Below, in pieces: positions 1 to 9,594 of a stretch of DNA of 64,000 nt. This DNA is from a virus: the IMG/VR virus record IMGVR_UViG_3300035670_000033, positions 32,001 through 96,000 of that record; one strand, written 5' to 3'. Both the position numbers and the translations under genes were made by a program. Every line of letters begins with the position of its first letter. Position 1 is the first letter of the stretch. The notes under the pieces were generated by a model. That model was not told the DNA's origin, ran no database searches, and worked only from the letters and a program-made list of their open reading frames with translations.

Positions 1-171
1 TCTGTTTAGTTTAACTAAGACGGGTTCTAGTTGGTCGTATGGGCAGTCCTGTAGTACGAGATGCCAAGCCCTGTACACAAGTTTCCTCTGATCAGGATCA
101 TTAGGCAACTCCTTGTTCCACAGCGTGTAAGCAAGATCTACTAGTTTCGTCGTATCGGCTTTACTGCTCAT
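1..171 (-). CDS. Partial (runs off window) helicase loader/inhibitor-like (G39P-like) protein
   Basis: Hand-translated MSSKADTTKLVDLAYTLWNKELPNDPDQRKLVYRAWHLVLQDCPYDQLEPV; the AW-x-L-D-x-PY pattern resembles the G39P-like family; ATG overlaps the stop of the upstream gene. Confidence 0.45.
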   Translation of the reverse strand, partial: MSSKADTTKLVDLAYTLWNKELPNDPDQRKLVYRAWHLVLQDCPYDQLEPVLVKLNR

Positions 172-574
172 CTAGGAACTCCTGTCGTGCGTCACGCTTC
201 TCTGTCCGTTGTATGAAGCCTTCTATTTTGTCGGCGTCACGGAATATAAGATCTATACCGTTATATTTTTTTTGTTGCGGGTTGTCGCCCATATGGAATG
301 GGGAGGATGCACAGCCGTCTATGGCGCGACAGGATGCTTCTATGCCGTAGTCGTGGATGGATGCGGCGATCTTGACTTTGCGGTCGTGATCTAGGACGGC
401 ACGGGTGGAACCCATTGTCTTAACCCAATAGTCCCATACGATCTGTACCGCATCGTCGGAGATCCCTTTGGCTTTGGCGTTGCGTTGTTTGGTGGAGATC
501 CGAGGTCGTTCCTGTTTAGGTTTATATGACTTGTTTACGCCACCGTTCGGATTGGGAAACATCTCTTCAACCAT
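161..574 (-). CDS. Protein resembling the C-terminal domain of phage replication initiators
   Basis: W...L...RK..I..........AIDGC..SPFH.G.N....KY..I.LIFRD..KIE.F pattern; next to a G39P-like gene. Confidence 0.55.
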   Translation of the reverse strand: MVEEMFPNPNGGVNKSYKPKQERPRISTKQRNAKAKGISDDAVQIVWDYWVKTMGSTRAVLDHDRKVKIAASIHDYGIEASCRAIDGCASSPFHMGDNPQQKKYNGIDLIFRDADKIEGFIQRTEKRDARQEFLDEQ

Positions 575-1007
575 CAGACGAACTCTACACCCTTTTACTT
601 AAAAGGTCAACACACGTTGCCAAAATCAATAACTATCTTTTCCCGGCCGGACCAGTTAGAGGAAGTTATATCAGTGGTATCAACGTTGATGAAAAACAAA
701 AGGAACAAACACCAGTTAGTTAATAACTTTGGAGGGTTCGGGAACCTTTACCAAATCTTTTTTGGGGCGCGTGCAGCCGAAACAGGATCCGCGATTTTTG
801 ACAATCGCAGATTAAGATTTGATTATTGATCGCGCGCGAAAGGTTGTATACGCCACCGTGCATCTTAGATGCTTATCTGCGCTTACTATTTTTTTCGTCG
901 CAGTCCCGTGTGTGTGGTTGTAAAAGATAGCAGACCAACAGCCCCGCCGCACGCACGTTTCAAAAATAAACCACTAGTAACGTAATATTGTGTTCGCAAG
1001 TCCCGTC

Positions 1008-1173
1008 TACCCGCGGGTAACCACAACATGTTGTGGGTGCGGGATCGCGAAGCGGGGCTATCCCTAGAAATGTGCAGGCATGCAGGCGGGGCTATCAGGT
1101 GTTGATAGGGTGATAGTTATCGGCGGGGCTATGAAGACCCCCATCTGAAGGACTCGTCGTGGTAGCGGGGCTG
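1008..1173. repeat. Palindromes TACCCGCGGGTA (1008-1019) and CCACAACATGTTGTGG (1021-1036) plus iteron-like GCGGGGCT(AT) at 1052, 1086, 1123, 1165
   Basis: Read directly in a non-coding stretch. Confidence 0.8.
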
Positions 1174-1327
1174 GGCTGTGAACTTAACGTCGGGTTTAGT
1201 TGCACAGCCCGCCCGTTACTTATCTAGCAATCTTAGTTCAGGCTTTTTATAAGTTGGATGGTTACGCATTGAATGTGTGAGGTCGTTGTTTCCGCCACCG
1301 TTCAATTTGGATAACTTCTTTTTAGTT

Positions 1328-1720
1328 TTAGAACTCTTCTTCGGTGCCATCTTGATCCTCTTCTTTGATTGATTGTTCTAACGCCATCAGAATGGTGAAT
1401 GCTTCTGATCTTCGGATGATCGCGTTACTGGTCATGATCGGCCAGTCTTTGATTGGTGTTGCGAAACCTTCAAAGTGTTCTTGCATTCCTTCTTCTGTTC
1501 CACAGTCTGAACAGATCTCTACGGGTTTGTGTGCGTCTTGTCCTCGTGTGAGTCGTGAGATCGCCCCTATGTACTGTCCGTGATGCGCGTTTGATGGGAT
1601 TAGCCCCTCGCAACGCGGGCAGATGCCCATGTCTATTTGTTTTGAGTGGATTCTGTTCCAAGGTTTCATTTTGTTCTCGTTTCTTCTAGTGGTATATGTG
1701 GTTCTTTTTTGTTTTGCCAT
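1328..1720 (-). CDS. Hypothetical protein with CxxC...CxxC zinc-binding motif
   Basis: CPRC and CSDC motifs; phage-like composition. Confidence 0.7.
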   Translation of the reverse strand: MAKQKRTTYTTRRNENKMKPWNRIHSKQIDMGICPRCEGLIPSNAHHGQYIGAISRLTRGQDAHKPVEICSDCGTEEGMQEHFEGFATPIKDWPIMTSNAIIRRSEAFTILMALEQSIKEEDQDGTEEEF

Positions 1721-1833
1721 CCGCAGATTTCTTCAAACCATTTGTCCATCCACGATGTCCGTGATGAATAGTTTACTTCTGTTATTTCCCATCCACAGTA
1801 TTTGCAGGTTCTCATGTTTGTATCCGCCACCGT

Positions 1834-2052
1834 TCAGTTTGGAATAGGGGTTTGTTCGTAAACCATGTATTCACCGTCGTTGTTGACTGCGATTCCTGTC
1901 ACCCAACTGTTGCGATGCTCTGATCCTGTCACACTGTACGGGTCGTCGCCGATCATGATGCGCGTTTTGTATACCGCGTTAGACATCGCCTCGTTCTCGT
2001 TTGGTGCTTCTACATCTGTTGTGACCATTGTTGTGACACGGTACTTTGCCAT
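1834..2052 (-). CDS. Hypothetical protein
   Basis: Coupled ORF with upstream AGGA RBS. Confidence 0.65.
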   Translation of the reverse strand: MAKYRVTTMVTTDVEAPNENEAMSNAVYKTRIMIGDDPYSVTGSEHRNSWVTGIAVNNDGEYMVYEQTPIPN

Positions 2053-2372
2053 TACTTGTCCTCCATATATTTTTCTACTGCTTTGAGACCCGTGCTGATG
2101 AGAAGAGAGATCGGTAGGAACGCTGATGCCTGCTTACCGTAGGTGTCACCGTTCTTTTCCACTGACTCTGCGATCAGTCGTTCTATGACATCGCTGTTGA
2201 ATGCCACATAAACATCTTTGTCGCTGATCCCATACACCAACGGTTCTAGTTCGTCTTTCTCTGTGAACACTTCTGATGGTGCTGTAAGGAATGTGACAGT
2301 GGTTCCGTCTTCATGTTGCATTCGCATCATCACATCGTCGCTGTCTTCATCTAAAAATTCAAAATCGCTCAT
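2052..2372 (-). CDS. Hypothetical acidic protein
   Basis: ORF track 2052..2402; ATG at 2372 preferred. Confidence 0.65.
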   Translation of the reverse strand: MSDFEFLDEDSDDVMMRMQHEDGTTVTFLTAPSEVFTEKDELEPLVYGISDKDVYVAFNSDVIERLIAESVEKNGDTYGKQASAFLPISLLISTGLKAVEKYMEDK

Positions 2373-2429
2373 TTGTTTTCTTTCTGATGGCGTATACGCC
2401 ACCGTTCGGTTTGGATAAAGCCACTTCGT

Positions 2430-2957
2430 TTAGAAGTGGTAGTCCACGATCACGATCCACTGTGAGTCAGGGTCTTTTTCTAGTCGCTTGTTCAACCACT
2501 CAGGGTTGGGTGTGTATTCCACTGTGTCATAGAACATGGTGTCTGCTGAGTACTCTCTGTTGAGAACCTTGAATGCTCTTGTGACTCTGAAGACCGCGAG
2601 ACTTTCTTTCATGCGGTTATCTTTTTCTTCGTCTGTCATTTCTGCATACGGTTTCCCGTCGTAGTCTGCGAAGTCGTATTTACGGTTGGTGAGAATGTCT
2701 TTTAGAGACACATCTCCGTACTCGCTGACAACTTTGTCTATGGTTTCTTGTGTCCATCCGCACGCAACTTCTACGAGTTTCTTGAAACCCTCAGGGTCTT
2801 GTGTGTAGTTCGTTGCGACTTTCATGTCTTGGACACGATCGTCGTCCACGATTGAACACCAATCTGACCACTCTTGTGACTCTGCGAACTGTAGTGCTCT
2901 GCCTTTCGCGTCCACTTCGTCAAATGCTTCTACTGCTAAACGGTGATATGTGTGCAT
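2430..2957 (-). CDS. Hypothetical protein
   Basis: 175-aa ORF with AGGAG RBS. Confidence 0.75.
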   Translation of the reverse strand: MHTYHRLAVEAFDEVDAKGRALQFAESQEWSDWCSIVDDDRVQDMKVATNYTQDPEGFKKLVEVACGWTQETIDKVVSEYGDVSLKDILTNRKYDFADYDGKPYAEMTDEEKDNRMKESLAVFRVTRAFKVLNREYSADTMFYDTVEYTPNPEWLNKRLEKDPDSQWIVIVDYHF

Positions 2958-2967
2958 TTTGTTCTCC

Positions 2968-3189
2968 TTAGAATTGTCGTGAGTTCACAGGATCGCCCTG
3001 TGAGAATGTGAGTGCTGTGTAACCATCTTCGGACGGTGTATGAAACCCGTCTATGTTGTAATACCAACCGTCTAGGTCGCCTATGACGATCTGAGTGCTT
3101 TCGTCAAGACCTTCTAACGCCTTGATTAGTTGCCCGACGGTAAGAATGCCACCCGATGTTTCATTGAAGTCGTATGTTCCTAATCGCAT
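2968..3189 (-). CDS. Hypothetical protein
   Basis: Coupled ORF. Confidence 0.65.
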   Translation of the reverse strand: MRLGTYDFNETSGGILTVGQLIKALEGLDESTQIVIGDLDGWYYNIDGFHTPSEDGYTALTFSQGDPVNSRQF

Positions 3190-3386
3190 TATGCAACCGC
3201 CTGTTCGGTGTCTATTTTTGTGCCGTACTGTTTTCCTAGTTTTATTGCGTCGCTGTCGTTACCGCCCTCTGCCCACTCTTGGTAGAGTGCGAGACCTGCT
3301 TCGTCAAGTGTTGAGACATCAACGATCACGCTGTGCCAAGTATTCGTAATTGTTCCGTCAAGGGTGTTGATTATCAACTTATCCAT
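3189..3386 (-). CDS. Hypothetical protein
   Basis: GGAG RBS, coupled ORF. Confidence 0.65.
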   Translation of the reverse strand: MDKLIINTLDGTITNTWHSVIVDVSTLDEAGLALYQEWAEGGNDSDAIKLGKQYGTKIDTEQAVA

Positions 3387-3465
3387 TTTTAGTACTCCAA
3401 TTTCTAGTAGTTGTATTTATTGTAGCGGTTACAAAAATATTTTGCAACCTTCAGCGGTTGGGTTT

Positions 3466-3819
3466 TTACACCCGAACCGCCCTACTAAGGATCTCTGCCT
3501 CAATCTCTTTCACAGGACGAGGACTCCAATAACAATCACGCTCTACCGCAGGGACACCGCCAAAGACGCTGACCGCTTCTAGTTCGCTGTACGAGAAGTA
3601 CCCGTACTCCATCTCAAACCCGTCTACAAGACCCCAAAAGGTGTCTTCGCCGTCAAACTCAATCGCATACCAAGTCCACTGTGAATACGGTGAGAAGAAC
3701 TTGACCATTGCGATCGCTTCCTTTTCAGGGTGCTTCTCGCTGTTGTAGAGAGGAGGGAGAGTGTCCCTGATCTCTTGGGTCAAGAGTAAATGCTTCCGTT
3801 TTGCTCTCTGAGTTTCCAT
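3466..3819 (-). CDS. DUF2958 family protein
   Basis: LPPLY...VKFFSP...WTWY..E.DGED.FWGLVDG.E.E.GYF...EL pattern. Confidence 0.8.
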   Translation of the reverse strand: METQRAKRKHLLLTQEIRDTLPPLYNSEKHPEKEAIAMVKFFSPYSQWTWYAIEFDGEDTFWGLVDGFEMEYGYFSYSELEAVSVFGGVPAVERDCYWSPRPVKEIEAEILSRAVRV

Positions 3820-3965
3820 TACTTGATCTCCTTGTAGTTTCCGTTTTTGGTTTCTTTTAGGTTTGTATAAATGATTACTTGCCCCTCGTTATCAACATCC
3901 ATGTCGCAACTAGGGATAAGTTTTTCTAACGCTTTACGCAACTTGTCACCGTCAATAGTTTTCAT
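3819..3965 (-). CDS. Small hypothetical protein (48 aa)
   Basis: Hand-translated MKTIDGDKLRKALEKLIPSCDMDVDNEGQVIIYTNL...; coupled on both sides. Confidence 0.55.
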   Translation of the reverse strand: MKTIDGDKLRKALEKLIPSCDMDVDNEGQVIIYTNLKETKNGNYKEIK

Positions 3966-4063
3966 TATTGCTCCTCGCAATCGTGTCCGTACCAATAATC
4001 ATTCGCTTGATCTTCGTCGCGCATATCAAACACGCGATCGCATTCCGCACATTTCGCTTTCAT
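3965..4063 (-). CDS. Small CxxC protein (32 aa)
   Basis: MKAKCAECDRVFDMRDEDQANDYWYGHDCEEQ; RBS present, coupled. Confidence 0.5.
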   Translation of the reverse strand: MKAKCAECDRVFDMRDEDQANDYWYGHDCEEQ

Positions 4064-4074
4064 GATTTTGCTCC

Positions 4075-4416
4075 TTAGTTTTCTAGTGTGACTGTTGTGT
4101 CTTTTACGAATGTTGTCCACGCTGAAGTGAACTCTTCTCCGTGCTTTGCAAACCCAATGATCTCGCCATGTGGGTCACGCTCAACAATGTGAATGAGTTG
4201 TGCCATGCGTGCTGTCGCTTGTGAGAGAAGATCGTATTCTTCTTCCCAAACATTTGCCACATAGTCGCCCCAAATCAAAACGAACTTGTTGAACATTTCG
4301 CTTTCAGGTTCGGTTTCAACAATGAACATCTCTGAGATGTCTGTACGCAACTCAAACAAAACATTTGAGTTCTTGTACTTCTCGTCTTCTACGATCCCTT
4401 GTTTTAGTAATGACAT
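4075..4416 (-). CDS. Hypothetical protein
   Basis: AAGGAG RBS and own promoter. Confidence 0.7.
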   Translation of the reverse strand: MSLLKQGIVEDEKYKNSNVLFELRTDISEMFIVETEPESEMFNKFVLIWGDYVANVWEEEYDLLSQATARMAQLIHIVERDPHGEIIGFAKHGEEFTSAWTTFVKDTTVTLEN

Positions 4417-4495
4417 TTTTTGCTCCTTGTTTAGTAGGTTTAGTTTCGGGTTTCCCCTTACCCATAATTATAGGTAAGGGGTGTAACACGGTTGT

Positions 4496-5113
4496 TTAGA
4501 CCGAAACGACGCTCAGTGCCTCTTTGCATTGGACTTCAATCGCTTCAAGTGTTTCTGTGACTTGCTCGTACATTGCGTCGTAGTCTTCGTCGTCTACGCC
4601 ACTCATGCTCGGGTATTCGCCCTCAATGTCTGCAACGATCTCGCCGTTGCGGAATGCGTAACCGCCACAGAACGCCATACCGCCCTCCTCGTAAGAGAGA
4701 ACGAAGTCAAGTGTTGGGAATTGCTTAGACACCCTGCGAATGCCCTCGCCGATCGGAGACCACGCTGACATGAAAGTCATGTTCAGTTCTGTTGGTGTGA
4801 TCGTTCCGAACACGCCATCAAAATCTGACCACTTAGAACCGTAGTTCGCACAATTCCAATCGTACCAATCTGCGTATCCGTACTTTGCTTTATTTGCTTT
4901 CTGCATTTCTTCCATCTGCTTTTGCTTTTCGGTTTCACCGAAAGAACCTTTTGGTGTTGCCGAAAGATCGGATGGTGTTGGTAACAGATTGTCAAGAATG
5001 CTGAACTCGTTATATGACTCACGATCGTCACCTTGAATGATCGCTTCATGGAAACGCTTGATTTCTTTTTCGTCACCTGAAACGGTGAGGTTGTTAGTGC
5101 AATAGTTTGGCAT
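4496..5113 (-). CDS. DUF1281/YubB-like ferredoxin-like domain protein
   Basis: MPNYCTNNL..G and WYDWNCANYGSKWSD ... F.SAWSP motifs; ATG at 5113 with AAGGAG RBS. Confidence 0.75.
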   Translation of the reverse strand: MPNYCTNNLTVSGDEKEIKRFHEAIIQGDDRESYNEFSILDNLLPTPSDLSATPKGSFGETEKQKQMEEMQKANKAKYGYADWYDWNCANYGSKWSDFDGVFGTITPTELNMTFMSAWSPIGEGIRRVSKQFPTLDFVLSYEEGGMAFCGGYAFRNGEIVADIEGEYPSMSGVDDEDYDAMYEQVTETLEAIEVQCKEALSVVSV

Positions 5114-5512
5114 TACTTCTCCTTGTTTAGTTAGGTTTATTTGCTTGCCCAATCAGTATGCCTCATGGGTGTAACACAGTTATTTTTAGTAGGGATTTTT
5201 TATTACTCTAACATTATATATAAGACAAAAACAAAAAGCAAGTATCGGATCAAAAAACTTGGAGCGATATTTAGAGCGATATTTAGTGCTAACCCGAGAT
5301 CAGATCACACACCCCAAAGCCCCCGATCGCTGTTGAGGTTTATATACGCCACCGTTCGGTTTAGATACAAGCAAACAACTCATGCTAAATAACAATCGTT
5401 GCAAACTAGACAGCCCCGCATCCCAACAGCCCACCCCGACAGCCCCGCCACTCGCGCGGAAGCGCGGGACTAATGCTCGCGAACAGTTGTTCGCTCAACT
5501 ACTATCGGGACT

Positions 5513-5899
5513 ATGACAATCTCCCGAACAGACAGATGGCAATATCGTTTCAATGCGCTCGTGCAATTCACCAACAGGACAGGTTCGTCGCTTGTTCCCG
5601 CAACACAAGTTGAGGTTTATGAGGGCAAGAATGTTGCGCTTGGTGCGTGGGTCGCATACAACCGTCAGCAATATCGTGCAGGAGAACTACCGATCGTGCG
5701 ACAACAAGCGTTAGAGCAACTTGCAGGTTGGCATTGGGAGAAGCAGAAACCTGGCAGACGCTACGACACGAAGCGAGACGCAGAGATCGCACAGCGTTAC
5801 AAGAGTGGCGAGCGTGTCGGACTGATCGCTGTTAGTTTCAATCTTTCACGGCAACGAGTTCATCAAATACTCAAGAAGGTTTCAACACCCAATGTCTGA
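5513..5899 (+). CDS. Helicase-associated (HA) domain plus C-terminal HTH protein, putative regulator
   Basis: W..RF..L..F....G...VP.......LG.WV...R..Y....L...R...LE.L.GW.W, followed by RDAEIAQRYKSGERVGLIAVSFNLSRQRVHQIL. Confidence 0.75.
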   Translation: MTISRTDRWQYRFNALVQFTNRTGSSLVPATQVEVYEGKNVALGAWVAYNRQQYRAGELPIVRQQALEQLAGWHWEKQKPGRRYDTKRDAEIAQRYKSGERVGLIAVSFNLSRQRVHQILKKVSTPNV

Positions 5900-6242
5900 T
5901 TTCAGTAACCATGACAAGCGTGATGCTTGGAAAAAGATGAGTGAGTGGTCTCACAGCATTCCTGATGATGAACTTGACAGTCTGTTTGTTGATGAAGATT
6001 GGGAAGACGAGTGGGCTAATCTTCCGCCCGTGTTGCGTGAAACACGCAGACAGGTATTCGGAAAGTTTATATTCGCTCTGTTTGGTTTATCTGTCGGCGT
6101 TGCTTTTGTGTCGTTCTTGTTGTATCAACTTGTTCAAGCGTTGGGTGTCACCGATCTAACTTTTCGTGAGTCTGTGATCGTCACATTGTGTGTTGCGTTC
6201 ATTCGTTACATTGACGCAGGAGTAATGAAACAGATCCGATAA
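5892..6242 (+). CDS. Hypothetical membrane protein
   Basis: Acidic N-terminus and two hydrophobic segments. Confidence 0.65.
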   Translation: MSDFSNHDKRDAWKKMSEWSHSIPDDELDSLFVDEDWEDEWANLPPVLRETRRQVFGKFIFALFGLSVGVAFVSFLLYQLVQALGVTDLTFRESVIVTLCVAFIRYIDAGVMKQIR

Positions 6243-6371
6243 ACACATCAGGACGCACTCTTGCGAGTGCGCCCTGAGCGGAGAAGCGAAAGGTGAAAGG
6301 AGAAGTCCTTTCGTTCCTCTAGCGGTAAAGAATAACATATGAGTTATATGTCATTCTGAAGCGATCAGGTT

Positions 6372-7868
6372 TTACCCCAATCGCTTTCCGTTTAGTCGTG
6401 TATATGTTTCCTGCCACTTTCTTGGATACCAACGGTTCGGTTTCTTTCCGACCGAAAGTTGCTTCAACAGTGCAAGTCCGTCATTCACATTGTGTGCCAT
6501 AAACACTTTGTGCTTCAAGACTTCTTTTATGCAGTCCATTGCCAAGATGTCGTGGTATCCACCGTATTGACCGCCTGTGCCAAGACCGTGAACCTGACCG
6601 TCTGTAATCCACACGATCGGAGTTGATGAACGCTTGCGTTGTTTGATCGCCCAACGAATTGCTTCGCCGTCTACGCCGTTGCCACCATTCCGTTCAGGAA
6701 GTTTGTCTACCATTTTCCCATCTTTTGCAAGAATGAGAAGGTTCGGTTTCACATTGTTTCGGTCTGCTGAATAAACCGCAACAGTGCAACCTGGACTTGC
6801 TTCCGTGATGTCAAGAATGTTTTTGTTGTTGAGAGACATTGAACCTGAACCGTCAATCAAGACGATACCGCCGTTGCCTTTCTTGTATCGGTCAAACACT
6901 CGCTTCTCGGGGTCTGCAAGTGCGTTACCAATTCTGCGAGGGTTACGACCCATGTTGCTTGCAACACGCTTGCGACCGAGACCGCCATGCGCTTTGCGAG
7001 TGAGTGGGAGATTACCAACAATAAGTTTTCCCCAAGTCGGTACTGCACCGCTACCTCGTTGTGAAGGTTCAGTCGGTTTTACTTTCTTTGGGTCTGCTTT
7101 CGGTTTCTGTGGTTTATCTGTTGCACCGTTGCCGTTCTTGGTTTCTTTTTCTGCGTTGCCTTCTTGCTTCGCTTCGTTCTCTTGCTTCGCTTCGGTTTCG
7201 CCGTCCTCGTTTTCGTTCTCATCAACAGGTGGGTTTGCCAAACGATCAATCCACTCTGCAATTCGCTCTGTGTGTGCGAACCCCATTGGTGCGAGACCTG
7301 TGCGCTCATCTATTTCTGTTGAACCGAGTGTGCCTGTCTTGTGTGCTTTGACGAACTCTTTCTCCACTGCTTTCACAATGTCTCGGAGTGTTGTTCCCCA
7401 TGCACGATTTACTCTGCGTACACCTGTGAGGAAGTCTTTGCCACCACCACAAACCGAGTAACCGACTGCTGTATAAACCGCACTCGCCCAATCGCCTTGC
7501 TCTGCGACACGCATTCCTGTAGTGAGTTCGCTTCCGTCTGCCAACAGATCAACATCAAACCCTGCTTTCTTGATAAGAAAGTTCACACGAACTTCCTCAA
7601 CAACGATCAGTGCATTCTCTGTTGCGATCTTGCGTTCAATCCACTTCGGGAAGTCGTCCGCAGGTGAGAACCGTGCGTGTGCCATTTCATGCGCACGGAT
7701 TACACGATCAACTTGTTCGTCACCAACAGGAACGACCATGTGCTTTGTAACAACATTGGTCATTGGTTTGCCACGAACAGGTGCGCAAGTATCTACTTGC
7801 CATGCGCCCGAGTCTTTATCTTTGCGCCCCAACATTTCGGGGAGTGGTCTGATTTCTACTTTTTGCAT
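6372..7868 (-). CDS. vWA-domain protein with N-terminal HExxH metallopeptidase-like motif (CobT-like)
   Basis: RAHEMAHAR; MIDAS motif LIDGSGSM; WITDG. Confidence 0.85.
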   Translation of the reverse strand: MQKVEIRPLPEMLGRKDKDSGAWQVDTCAPVRGKPMTNVVTKHMVVPVGDEQVDRVIRAHEMAHARFSPADDFPKWIERKIATENALIVVEEVRVNFLIKKAGFDVDLLADGSELTTGMRVAEQGDWASAVYTAVGYSVCGGGKDFLTGVRRVNRAWGTTLRDIVKAVEKEFVKAHKTGTLGSTEIDERTGLAPMGFAHTERIAEWIDRLANPPVDENENEDGETEAKQENEAKQEGNAEKETKNGNGATDKPQKPKADPKKVKPTEPSQRGSGAVPTWGKLIVGNLPLTRKAHGGLGRKRVASNMGRNPRRIGNALADPEKRVFDRYKKGNGGIVLIDGSGSMSLNNKNILDITEASPGCTVAVYSADRNNVKPNLLILAKDGKMVDKLPERNGGNGVDGEAIRWAIKQRKRSSTPIVWITDGQVHGLGTGGQYGGYHDILAMDCIKEVLKHKVFMAHNVNDGLALLKQLSVGKKPNRWYPRKWQETYTRLNGKRLG

Positions 7869-7956
7869 ATTTCCAACTTTCGTTTCTAGGTTTATGTCTC
7901 TTGCTTAGGGAGGCTTGCTTACACCCCCACCTTACGGCAGGGGTGTAACGAGGTTA

Positions 7957-8700
7957 TTAGACCGCAACCTTGTTGATTGCGATTGCGTCTAGGACGCTTT
8001 CTGCCTGCTTGCCGAACACCATTCGTGCGCTGTCTGCGTCACCGAGTGTCTTTCGCAGTTGGTCAAACGCATAGAAGGTGCGGAGTGAGATCCTGCGCTC
8101 GCCTGCGTCTGCCATACGAACCGCATACTCACGGAGATCTGCCGACAACTTCTTGAGTGCGTCAGGGTGAGGTTGGTTGATACGGATTGCGACAGGGAAA
8201 CGATCTTTCAACGCTTCAGGAAGTTCCTCCATTGTTTCAATGTTGGTGGTCATGACAACGCTGAACCCGTCCTTTGGTGTGATCGTCCGATTGTTTTCAG
8301 GACTTTCCCACTTCGCACTTTCAGGTGAGTCAGTGAATGCGAGGAGTGTTGCGAACACATCTGCGCCTGCTTTGTCAATCTCGTCAATTACGAGACGACC
8401 GCCACGCAAACCGTCACCTTTCCACGCTGACACTGCTTTACCGTCTACCCAAGACCAACCGCCTTCGCCGTTCATCTTGTAGTGACCTTCAACTTGCGCA
8501 TTGGACATATCCTCTGTGCAGATAAGTCGGAATGCACCTGCTGTGACATCACCGTAGTTGAGACCTGCGAAAGTCTTTCCTGTTCCTGGGGGACCGAATA
8601 AGATCAAACGGTCTACGCCTGCTTTGAGTGCGTTCTCAACATCTTTCCAACACTGTGGGAGATCGTTGCGCACCTTTCCTTCTAGTACTTGCTGTTCCAT
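7957..8700 (-). CDS. MoxR/CobS-like AAA+ ATPase
   Basis: GPPGTGKT Walker A, LVIDEIDK Walker B, TTN, ALKDRF. Confidence 0.9.
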   Translation of the reverse strand: MEQQVLEGKVRNDLPQCWKDVENALKAGVDRLILFGPPGTGKTFAGLNYGDVTAGAFRLICTEDMSNAQVEGHYKMNGEGGWSWVDGKAVSAWKGDGLRGGRLVIDEIDKAGADVFATLLAFTDSPESAKWESPENNRTITPKDGFSVVMTTNIETMEELPEALKDRFPVAIRINQPHPDALKKLSADLREYAVRMADAGERRISLRTFYAFDQLRKTLGDADSARMVFGKQAESVLDAIAINKVAV

Positions 8701-8802
8701 TACTTTCCTTCTTTCTCCGAAGTTCGTTCGGACTAGTTTGCTTATTTCTAGGTTTATTTCCTTACACCCCCAACATTACATTGGGGGTGTAACAGGGTTT
8801 AG

Positions 8803-9210
8803 TTACGCTACTTGCGCTTCTGCTGTTGCCTTGCTGTCGGACTTTGCGCCCTTGAGTTCGGTAACACGGATTTGCTCGTATGCCGTGATCGTGGTTACTG
8901 CGTCTGCGACATCTGCTTTGATTACGCCGACTTCCACTGCTGACTTGAACTTCTTACCGTCCACTGCGGACTTGGTAACAGTCTTGAACACCTTGTCGGA
9001 AACGAGATCCTTCAAGATTTCAACGCTGTATGAAGGACGCTCGCCTTTTACGACTGCAACCTTTACACCGTCTACGACTGCGTAGTCCACGCCTTCTTTT
9101 GCGAGTTCCAACTTGAAACTTGCTTCTGCTTGTGCAAGTTCTTGCTGTGCGATCTCTAATGCTTCACGCTTCGCAAGTACTGCCTTTGCTGTTGATGTGG
9201 TTAGTGCCAT
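8803..9210 (-). CDS. Hypothetical protein (coiled-coil N-terminus)
   Basis: 135-aa ORF with RBS and promoters. Confidence 0.75.
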   Translation of the reverse strand: MALTTSTAKAVLAKREALEIAQQELAQAEASFKLELAKEGVDYAVVDGVKVAVVKGERPSYSVEILKDLVSDKVFKTVTKSAVDGKKFKSAVEVGVIKADVADAVTTITAYEQIRVTELKGAKSDSKATAEAQVA

Positions 9211-9310
9211 TTGATTTTCTCCTTATGTCTAGGTTTATTTGCTTCTTGCCACCACTGTATATCAGGGGTGTAACACGGTTATTCGTACTGACTTTCTATC
9301 TATGATAGAT

Positions 9311-9339
9311 AGTCTAGTACCTGTTTTTGGACTTGTCAA
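9311..9339 (-). promoter_or_regulatory. SigA-type promoter TTGACA-17-TAGACT
   Basis: Consensus match. Confidence 0.75.
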
Positions 9340-9342
9340 GTC

Positions 9343-9594
9343 TTATGCGAGAAACCTCGCAATCCCTGCGTCCGTAAGGTCGTCCCCGATCTGACGCTTT
9401 GCGTCTAAGTCATTCAGGTACTCGCTGACGATCTCGCAGATTTCATCACATTGGTTCTGAATCGCTTCGTGACGCTCACGCTCGTCTGCGTCCTCTAAAG
9501 GGTTCATCACGACTGCGTACGATCTGAACGCCTGTGCGATCAACGCTTGCTCAATGCGCTCTAGTTGTGCTTCTGTGAATGTTGTGATTTTCAT
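9343..9594 (-). CDS. Hypothetical protein
   Basis: AAGGAG RBS. Confidence 0.7.
   Translation of the reverse strand: MKITTFTEAQLERIEQALIAQAFRSYAVVMNPLEDADERERHEAIQNQCDEICEIVSEYLNDLDAKRQIGDDLTDAGIARFLA

Noticed and set aside
617-829. 70-aa plus-strand ORF
   Set aside because: No RBS or recognisable motif; it lies in the probable regulatory region upstream of 161..574.
3709-3716. GCGATCGC as cyanobacterial HIP1, implying a cyanophage
   Set aside because: The full octamer is not highly iterated, and WhiB plus promoter style point to an actinobacterial host.
6784-7461. 225-aa plus-strand ORF
   Set aside because: It lies antisense to the vWA gene, and the translation is Ser/Phe-rich shadow sequence.
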